Assembly: GCA_050250255.1 (NCBI GenBank)
Contig: JBFWOZ010000032.1
Span: forward strand, 1-33,489
Length of the DNA stretch: 33,489 nt
Reading direction: 5' to 3'
Source: Bdellovibrionales bacterium
GTDB lineage: Bacteria; Bdellovibrionota; Bdellovibrionia; Bdellovibrionales; DASUEL01
A program made the position numbers and the translations under genes. Below, one piece after another: positions 26,606 to 33,489 of the stretch (the stretch's first letter is position 1; each line of letters starts with the position of its first letter). Under the pieces are notes generated by a model. That model saw only the letters and a program-made list of their open reading frames with translations. It was not told where the DNA came from and ran no database searches.

Positions 26606-28432
26606 TTATTTTACGTAGAGCTTCAAAACTTCTTGAGCTTCTTGATCAAACGCCGCTTCACCACAATTATTTTTGTCCGCTGTAGGCTTGCAGCCACGTA
26701 CTCGGCCAAGCAAACGGATTAAGAGTTTGAATTCGGGAGTTCCCGGAGTGGAAGCTGGACGGTAAAACTGCACTTTGTCTCGCTCATAAGCCTGCTCACG
26801 TAATGGGATCCGGCCTGGGATAGTCACTCTTGTTGTCACATTCTTGCTTGAAAGATTTAAATAGGAAGGAAGAGACACGCCCGGATTCGAGAAGAAATAT
26901 TGGCCATTGTTTTCTACGGTGAAGACATCACGAGAACCGTAGAGTCTTTGATAAAATTCTAGTTTTCTCTCTGCATTGATTTCTAAGTTAGAACCTTCAC
27001 GTTTTCCAAGGCCGCTCGCTCCTTGAAGGTCGTAGGAAATCATGTACTCAACACCCATGACCTCTAGAGTACCGTTCCCGTCGATATCATAGACGTCGAA
27101 ATCTTGGGACATACTTCCAAAATAAAACACCTGAATCATTTTCGAGTTTTCTACAGGGAAAATATGGCGAAGCTCCCAGATGTGTCCTGTTGAAAGGCGC
27201 GAACAACCGTGCGACACACCTCCACGCTTTACACTCCAGAATGTGTCGTGATCATTAGAAATATTTAATGCTTGTTTTACACCGACCGTTAAATTGCGAA
27301 AGCGTACCGCAGGGTTGTGATAACCATTTCCGATTCCTTCGTAATCCATTTTCGGAATCCAGCCATAATAAGGCTCGTCGCGAACATTATCCACTTCGCG
27401 AGACCCACCATAAGCGAGAAAGTTCCAAAGACCCGGAGTAGCAAAAAGAGGGATGGCGTTGCCACTTTGATCTCGCGTCTCTGCTTTTACAGAACCCGTT
27501 GGGTAGATGGCCGTAAATTCATTGTAAACCAGATAACAAGAATTACTATTGGCGCACTGAATAGCGTTTACCCATTGTCCATTTTGATAAGAACGAATTT
27601 GATATTTGCTACCAGTAAGAACTTTAAAGAGATCAAGAGCCGAAGCGAGGAATTGCGCCTCATCACCGTTCACTGCGAGTTCTGCCGCAGTAGAAAGTTT
27701 CGCCAAGACTTCTGTGGAAGGTTTTGCTGTATAGTTGATACGTCCCCACACCAAACTATTGATGGCCATAACCACTTGCTTTGGATCAACCGCAAACTTT
27801 GCCGTGGCCGCTCCAGGGAATTGAAAATTTTGTTTCATTTGAGTTTTCCAGTTAAGGAACTCTCTTTTTAAATCCACACGAAGAGAGAACACACGTCCTG
27901 GATTGAGCTGAGTGAAAACAGAAAGTGCCTTTGTATAGATAGACTCATCCGTTTCGCCACCTGTGCGTGCACGCTTCACAAACGCGAGAATTCCATAAGC
28001 GTTAGATTCAATGATTTTAAAATAAGACTCGAGTTGAGGTGAAAGTTTTGAGTTGGCAGGATTTACGTTGGCGGGAGCCACTTTTCCTGGAGCAAGTGGA
28101 GCGCTAATTTTTTTGTAAAACTCATAGCGCTTTACAAGATCAAAAAGATAATCACCGATTGTTTGTTCATCGAGAATAACGGAAACACGCGTTTGATTCC
28201 CACGCGCCAAACGAACATGAATTCGATTTGGAAATTGACTGCGAGCCGCAAAACCGGTGTAAAAACTTGGGTAATAACCGTTGATTGAGTGAGCTCCCGC
28301 AGCCCAAGATGTTCCCCAAAAAGGAAGATTGCGATTGTAATCTGAAATCGTCGTTTCATTTGCAAAAGATGAAAGTGTAGTAAAAAAAATGAAACTGAAC
28401 ATGAGTCTTTGGAACAGGCCGGACTTAGCCAT
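26606..28432 (-). CDS. Secreted protein with L,D-transpeptidase (YkuD)-like SHGCxR motif
   Basis: ATG 28432 follows GAGGGAG; signal peptide ends SFA; GYHNP...GGVSHGCSRL; Ca-binding-like DIDGNGTLE motif. Confidence 0.7.
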   Translation of the reverse strand: MAKSGLFQRLMFSFIFFTTLSSFANETTISDYNRNLPFWGTSWAAGAHSINGYYPSFYTGFAARSQFPNRIHVRLARGNQTRVSVILDEQTIGDYLFDLVKRYEFYKKISAPLAPGKVAPANVNPANSKLSPQLESYFKIIESNAYGILAFVKRARTGGETDESIYTKALSVFTQLNPGRVFSLRVDLKREFLNWKTQMKQNFQFPGAATAKFAVDPKQVVMAINSLVWGRINYTAKPSTEVLAKLSTAAELAVNGDEAQFLASALDLFKVLTGSKYQIRSYQNGQWVNAIQCANSNSCYLVYNEFTAIYPTGSVKAETRDQSGNAIPLFATPGLWNFLAYGGSREVDNVRDEPYYGWIPKMDYEGIGNGYHNPAVRFRNLTVGVKQALNISNDHDTFWSVKRGGVSHGCSRLSTGHIWELRHIFPVENSKMIQVFYFGSMSQDFDVYDIDGNGTLEVMGVEYMISYDLQGASGLGKREGSNLEINAERKLEFYQRLYGSRDVFTVENNGQYFFSNPGVSLPSYLNLSSKNVTTRVTIPGRIPLREQAYERDKVQFYRPASTPGTPEFKLLIRLLGRVRGCKPTADKNNCGEAAFDQEAQEVLKLYVK

Positions 28433-28569
28433 GAAATCTCCCTCGTGTGATAATTTCGGATTGAGGGATACCGCTGCTGACTCAGAGCTGTAAAGGTTGT
28501 GGACAGTCGATGTAAAAATTCCTCTCATAGAGAGGATAGGTAAAAAAATTTGTTGAGTGCCTTTAACAC

Positions 28570-28599
28570 AAAAATCGCCTCCAAAAAGGAAGCGATTTT
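28570..28599 (-). terminator. Intrinsic terminator after the glycoside hydrolase
   Basis: AAAATCGCCTCC-AAAAA-GGAAGCGATTTT hairpin with a T run on the minus strand. Confidence 0.75.
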
Positions 28600-28621
28600 A
28601 AAAGAATTACATGTCTAAGTT

Positions 28622-29560
28622 TTATTGAAAAAGCGGTTTTAAGCGCGGGACTGATGGTGTTGGACTTAGATCACCACGGAGCAATCCCCATTTTTGAGGG
28701 CCGGCTTCTCCATCCGTCAGGTTATAAATAAAAAAGCCCGTTATCCAGGGTATAGACTTCAAGATCCTGACCTTTTCATAAATGCAATTAGCGTTAGCAG
28801 TTTCACTGCGGGTTTCCTGGAGATCGCAACCAAACTCCGTCAACCAAAATGGTTTTCCTGTCAAGCCCGCATCCTGAAGCACTTTCTGTACACTTGGCTT
28901 ACCCCAGCGAGATTCTAAAAGATCTTTCCTGAAGTCAGCAGGTTTTGACTTGGAATAGAGATGATAAGACACGACATCGAAAGTTTCTAAAGCTCCGTAT
29001 TTACGCAACTCTTTTAAATAATTTCCTGGTTTACTCGAATGGATATGAGTCACTCCCGGTGCTGCAATCTGTGAATTAGGGGCATTTCGTCTAATAATGG
29101 GGGACGCAGGCTTGAGCAAAACCTCAATGTACTCTCTCATTGTACCTGCCCAAAATTCTTTAAGATTAGGTTCATTATGTATTTCCCATACATCCACATA
29201 GTCTCGGTAACGTGTGGTCATTGTATCTACGTATTTGATCCAAGCGTTACGATTGGGGACCCCATTGCTTTGTCCATTAGAACTCCAGAAAGAGGGCGGA
29301 TAACCAAGGATATAAAAGACTTTCATGCCGCGAGATTTCAAATCTCTCAACATATAATCACTCCACGCAAAATCGTAGTTGTTCGCCGATCTTTCAACTT
29401 CACCCCAAGGATGAGAGACTCTCACCCAAGTCGCACCCATATTGCGCATAATTTGAATCGTCTGTCCCGCGGCTTGGTGAATGTTCACCCCGTAACCTTG
29501 CTGAGCCATGGCACTCGTAGAAATTAACAGCGCTATCCATATTAAAAATAAATTTTTCAT
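28622..29560 (-). CDS. Secreted clan GH-A glycoside hydrolase (GH5/GH39-like)
   Basis: Signal peptide, WEIHNEPN (acid/base), SYHLY, FWLTEFG (nucleophile). Confidence 0.88.
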   Translation of the reverse strand: MKNLFLIWIALLISTSAMAQQGYGVNIHQAAGQTIQIMRNMGATWVRVSHPWGEVERSANNYDFAWSDYMLRDLKSRGMKVFYILGYPPSFWSSNGQSNGVPNRNAWIKYVDTMTTRYRDYVDVWEIHNEPNLKEFWAGTMREYIEVLLKPASPIIRRNAPNSQIAAPGVTHIHSSKPGNYLKELRKYGALETFDVVSYHLYSKSKPADFRKDLLESRWGKPSVQKVLQDAGLTGKPFWLTEFGCDLQETRSETANANCIYEKVRILKSIPWITGFFIYNLTDGEAGPQKWGLLRGDLSPTPSVPRLKPLFQ

Positions 29561-29572
29561 CTTCGACTCCCC

Positions 29573-30928
29573 TTACAATGTTTTTTCTTTGCGAAATGTA
29601 TCCCAAGAGCGAACGTAGTTATAAGCTTCAAGAAGCTGGTAATCCTTCTTCAGCAACTGATCGCGATCAGATAATTTTTTTTCATCTTTTTCTGTTTTAA
29701 GAAACCAAAAACTCGTCGTGGTTTCAGATTTCTTTTTATTCTTTTCTTTGTCGCCCAAGAGATGACCCTTCATGTCTTGCTCACGCTTGGCGGGTTTTGA
29801 GGAAACGGCCTTCTGAAAAAGCTCGGAGTCCACCTCTGGAACAGTAACATTGGGCTTAATCCCCTCTGCTTGGATGGAAACTCCCGAAGGCGTATAGTAG
29901 CGAGCCACCGTAAGCTTAAGTCCTGAGCCATCCCCTAATTTTACAACGGACTGTACTGACCCTTTACCAAAGCTTCTCTCCCCAACAATTAGAGCGCGCT
30001 TATTGTCCTGCAATGCCCCCGCCACAATTTCACTCGCGCTTGCCGAATACTCATTAATTAACACCACAAGCGGAAAGAATTCATAAGTACCCTCTTTCTT
30101 GGCGCTCACCACTTCCTTCATGTCTTTGTTGCGACCGATCGTGCTTACAATCACGCCTTCTTCTAAAAACATGTCGCTCACTTTGATGGCTTGATCAAGC
30201 AATCCTCCGGGGTTGTTTCTTAAATCAATCACAAGGCCTTTGATTTTTTTATTTTTCTTTACGTGCTCAGCCAGAATATTTTCAAAGTCTTTTGCGGTCT
30301 TTTCTATGAAACTTGTGATGCGAACGTAGGCGTAGCCATCTTCCAAGTCCGCATACTTAACAGATTTTATTTTGATTAAATCACGAACGATAGTGAATTC
30401 TTTTGGCTCGGTGAATCCTTCTCGAAAAACACCAAGTTTCACGGCCTTATCTTTTTTGCCACGCATTCTCTGAGCCGCATCGACAAGGCTAAACCCCTTT
30501 GTGCTCTCTCCATTGATGAAAACGATCTTATCGCCACCCTTAATACCCGCTTTCCAAGCCGGAGAATCTTCAATAGGAGAAAGGACCGTAAGAATACTGT
30601 TTTGAATGCTCATTTCTATGCCTATACCTCCGAATTCGCCGGAGGTTTCATTTTCAAATTCTGCAAATACATCGGGATTTAAAAAGTTCGTATGAGGATC
30701 AAGTTCATTAAGTATACCCTTGATACCACCGTAAATGAGCTTTTGCAGGTCCACTGGCTCAACGTAGTATTGCTGGACGAGATTCAGCACTTTTGCAAAT
30801 ACTTGAAGATTCTCGTAACGATCCTTGGCCTCTTTCGCAACCGCCACCTCTAACAATGGCCGCCCCATCAGCATTCCCAATAAAAATAGCAAGCTGCTAA
30901 ACAGTAGAACCATTATCGTTCTTTTCAT
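29573..30928 (-). CDS. ctpA: Carboxy-terminal processing protease (S41A)
   Basis: LDPH, FGGIGI PDZ, DLRNNPGGLL, SASASEIVAGALQD, SFGKGSVQ, TVARYYTPSG. Confidence 0.97.
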   Translation of the reverse strand: MKRTIMVLLFSSLLFLLGMLMGRPLLEVAVAKEAKDRYENLQVFAKVLNLVQQYYVEPVDLQKLIYGGIKGILNELDPHTNFLNPDVFAEFENETSGEFGGIGIEMSIQNSILTVLSPIEDSPAWKAGIKGGDKIVFINGESTKGFSLVDAAQRMRGKKDKAVKLGVFREGFTEPKEFTIVRDLIKIKSVKYADLEDGYAYVRITSFIEKTAKDFENILAEHVKKNKKIKGLVIDLRNNPGGLLDQAIKVSDMFLEEGVIVSTIGRNKDMKEVVSAKKEGTYEFFPLVVLINEYSASASEIVAGALQDNKRALIVGERSFGKGSVQSVVKLGDGSGLKLTVARYYTPSGVSIQAEGIKPNVTVPEVDSELFQKAVSSKPAKREQDMKGHLLGDKEKNKKKSETTTSFWFLKTEKDEKKLSDRDQLLKKDYQLLEAYNYVRSWDTFRKEKTL

Positions 30929-30956
30929 AAACTTCCTCGCACGTTACAGTTTCTTG

Positions 30957-32093
30957 TCACAGTGTCTTTTCATCGAACATTGAAATTTGGTAATTCTCTT
31001 CTGATTGAATCCACTCAATTGGATCTAATGGCTCAGAAAAATGCCTTACTTCAAAATAGCTACCAATACCCAGTGAGAAATATTGAGAACCGGTCCGACC
31101 AACAACATCACCTGTTTTGACCCTATCCCCCACCCGAACGTTGTTCTCGGCATGGTTACCGTAAACGGTGTAGTAGTGATCCCCATGAGAGACAACGACC
31201 GTTGGACCAAGACCAAAAACTGAGTTACTGAAAACAACATCTCCATCAAAAACACTTTGTACGGGCTCTGACTTCACAGTCTTATAAAAATGTCCTTTGA
31301 ATCGTGTCGTTGTTCTGTATTTTTTGTCTAAGATATTTCCATAAGACTGCACCAGGACGCCTTGAACCGGCAAAGGAAGCCTTCCACGCAACTCAAAAAA
31401 TATTCTTTTAAAATCTTGAGCCGATTCTCTCTGAGCAAGACCACGAGATTCTGTTCTGACCCTCTCAAGCTTCATAATTTCTTTAAAAGTTTCCTTGTCG
31501 AGGCCTTCTACGATTTTATTTTTTTGATCTTGTTGAGCTAAAAGCTGTTTTTCGTGAGTTTTAATTTCGCTTTCGATGTTTAACATGTGTTTTTTGTGGT
31601 TATTTAATTTTTTTGAGTAGATCGCGTGTCGTTTAAGATTTTTTTCGTAGCGGCGGATGAGCTTGTAATCTTTGTCAGCGACAATTTTAATAATTTTTAA
31701 ATTACGATCTAATTCAGATGGAGTCTGACTTGAAAAAATCATTCTCATTGAATTTTGTCCGCTAAACTTATACAGCGATCTCAAGCGTGCACGCAACTGG
31801 TTACGCAAGTCCCCCAGATCCGTACCCACCTTTTCTAGAATTTTCGATGTCTCAACAATTTTTTCTTCGACGAAATACTTTTCGTTCATGAGGCGCTCTT
31901 TACGTTTGTTGATCTTCTTCATTCCAGAAGTCACCTTGAAAAGCTCAGAGAGAACTTTTCTCTTTTCTTCTTCTTTGCTAAGAATTCCGCTCTTAATATC
32001 TTGATAGCGTCTTTTCAAACTTGAATCGACGACACCTTCAGACTGTGCATGAAGTGAGGTAAGCAAAAGAAAAAGGCTAAGAACGATTCTCAC
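30957..32093 (-). CDS. envC: Murein hydrolase activator EnvC-like (coiled coil plus degenerate M23 domain)
   Basis: Signal peptide, long coiled coil, LPLPVQG...HGDHYYTVYGN...YFEVRH...LDP lacking the Zn ligands; position after ftsX. Confidence 0.88.
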   Translation of the reverse strand: MRIVLSLFLLLTSLHAQSEGVVDSSLKRRYQDIKSGILSKEEEKRKVLSELFKVTSGMKKINKRKERLMNEKYFVEEKIVETSKILEKVGTDLGDLRNQLRARLRSLYKFSGQNSMRMIFSSQTPSELDRNLKIIKIVADKDYKLIRRYEKNLKRHAIYSKKLNNHKKHMLNIESEIKTHEKQLLAQQDQKNKIVEGLDKETFKEIMKLERVRTESRGLAQRESAQDFKRIFFELRGRLPLPVQGVLVQSYGNILDKKYRTTTRFKGHFYKTVKSEPVQSVFDGDVVFSNSVFGLGPTVVVSHGDHYYTVYGNHAENNVRVGDRVKTGDVVGRTGSQYFSLGIGSYFEVRHFSEPLDPIEWIQSEENYQISMFDEKTL

Positions 32094-33010
32094 TATGCTG
32101 GCTCCCCATCAGAAGAGACCGTAGTGATTTGCTTGACGCACCAGTAAGCGCTGAGCGCAGAAGACGCGCCACCTGCGACGATAGCGAGCAAAAACCAAGC
32201 CCAACTCAAATATTGAAAATGAGAGGTCAGCGCCAAGAAAGCCATATTTGTTTCAAAGAGATTGAGGCCCCACTGATAAATGCCGTAACTGATGACGATT
32301 GCTAAGGTGGAAGCCGCTGCGCCCAAGAGCGCTCCATCTACGATAAAGGGAGTTACAATCATAGAGTTTGTCGCGCCCACAAGATCTAAAATTTTAATTT
32401 CATCCTGTCGGTGCATTACGGAAGTACGAACCGAGTTCGCCACAACAAAGAGGCTTCCAATCAGAAGCATGAGGGCAATAAACCAGCCGCTTCTCGAAAA
32501 TGTGGTTACGAAGGCCGCGTAGTTCTGAACCCAATCTTCCCCGTAAGAAACATCTTCCACTCCCTCAAAACTCATAATAGTTTTTGCAATTTCCTGAAGG
32601 TCGCCATAATCCATTCGAGAAGCAAGATCCATTTGAAAATTAGCGGGAAACGGATTTGCTATATCTTTATCCTGCAAAAGATTTGGTGAGTACTTCGCCA
32701 TTTGATCTACAAAAGATTCTTGAGCGTCTTGCTTCGAAATAAAGTGGATATCTCGAAACTCTTCCATCTTCTTTAAACGCTGCTCAATTTTAGAAGCCGC
32801 TCCGATAGGTAAATCATCTTTCAAGTACGCGGTAATTTGAATCGACTCACCCCAATGGACCAGAATATTTCTCATATTCAAAGAGAGGGAAAGAAGGGAA
32901 ATGATCACCGTGAAAGTAGCCGTTAACACCGTAAGTGTCGCGAGTTGTACACCAAAGTGATTACGCCAAGAAAATCTAATGTGTTTCCAGATCGATGAGA
33001 ATCGACTCAT
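32093..33010 (-). CDS. ftsX: Cell division permease-like protein FtsX
   Basis: 4-TM topology, NPFPA, RQDEIKILDLVGAT...PF motif; follows ftsE. Confidence 0.93.
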   Translation of the reverse strand: MSRFSSIWKHIRFSWRNHFGVQLATLTVLTATFTVIISLLSLSLNMRNILVHWGESIQITAYLKDDLPIGAASKIEQRLKKMEEFRDIHFISKQDAQESFVDQMAKYSPNLLQDKDIANPFPANFQMDLASRMDYGDLQEIAKTIMSFEGVEDVSYGEDWVQNYAAFVTTFSRSGWFIALMLLIGSLFVVANSVRTSVMHRQDEIKILDLVGATNSMIVTPFIVDGALLGAAASTLAIVISYGIYQWGLNLFETNMAFLALTSHFQYLSWAWFLLAIVAGGASSALSAYWCVKQITTVSSDGEPA

Positions 33011-33489
33011 AAAGAAACTCCGAGTGAAGCGTCGGCTTCCAAATGGCCTGATTTTAAACGAATGTTTTTGCGACTAAATTTTTTCACGAGTGCCATATCA
33101 TGGGATGCAATGACAACCGTTGTTCCTTGAGCATTGATGGTTTTAAAAATCTCCATGATTTCTTGGCTGAGCTCTGGGTCTAGATTTCCGGTTGGTTCAT
33201 CGGCGATAAGAATTCCCGGCTTATGCACAAGAGCGCGCGCTATTGCCACTCTCTGCTGCTCTCCACCCGAAAGTTGTTCAGGAAAAGAGGTGGGGCGAAA
33301 CTTTAAGCCCACCATATCCAAAACTTCGCTGACACGTTTTTGAATTAACGCCGGTCTTTCTTTTTGGATTTCTAAAGGCAGCGCAATATTGTCAAAAAGA
33401 CTTCGTCCTTTTAAAAGTTTAAAATCTTGAAAAACCACTCCAATTTTTCTACGTAAAAATGGGATGTCTCTTTGAGAAATCTCGTTGAG
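33007..33489 (-). CDS. ftsE: Cell division ATP-binding protein FtsE, N-terminal part outside the window
   Basis: [42 protein letters not shown]. The frame stays open to the window end. Confidence 0.95.
   Translation of the reverse strand, partial: LNEISQRDIPFLRRKIGVVFQDFKLLKGRSLFDNIALPLEIQKERPALIQKRVSEVLDMVGLKFRPTSFPEQLSGGEQQRVAIARALVHKPGILIADEPTGNLDPELSQEIMEIFKTINAQGTTVVIASHDMALVKKFSRKNIRLKSGHLEADASLGVSL

Noticed and set aside
30957..32093. Active M23 endopeptidase
   Set aside because: HxxxD and HxH zinc ligands are absent, as expected for EnvC.

Overview
A 33.5-kb bacterial chromosomal window, most likely from a Bdellovibrionota-like organism (inferred from gene repertoire and many signal-peptide proteins, not proven). 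The housekeeping backbone is clpP-clpX-lon with divergent pepA, tig, a GshA-type ligase, a tandem ArsA/Get3-like ATPase pair, and ftsE-ftsX-envC-ctpA. Two accessory regions stand out. (1) A tRNA-Val(TAC) locus has an 18-nt 5'-end duplication around a hairpin, plus an integrase-less ~2.9-kb islet. The islet encodes a metzincin protease / CFI-box / internal signal peptide / beta-barrel fusion and ends at an internally inverted, anticodon-deleted tRNA-Val relic. (2) A run of secreted proteins at 22.4-29.6 kb is centred on a three-gene operon: an atypical L,D-transpeptidase-like protein, a helical protein of unknown function, and a signal-peptide-bearing dikinase with glucan-water-dikinase-like domain order (His domain, then ATP-grasp). 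A clan GH-A glycosidase and an SxxK serine hydrolase flank this operon. It is the best candidate for an undescribed system, possibly extracytoplasmic glycan or cell-wall phosphorylation. All calls come from motif reading by eye; no searches were run.
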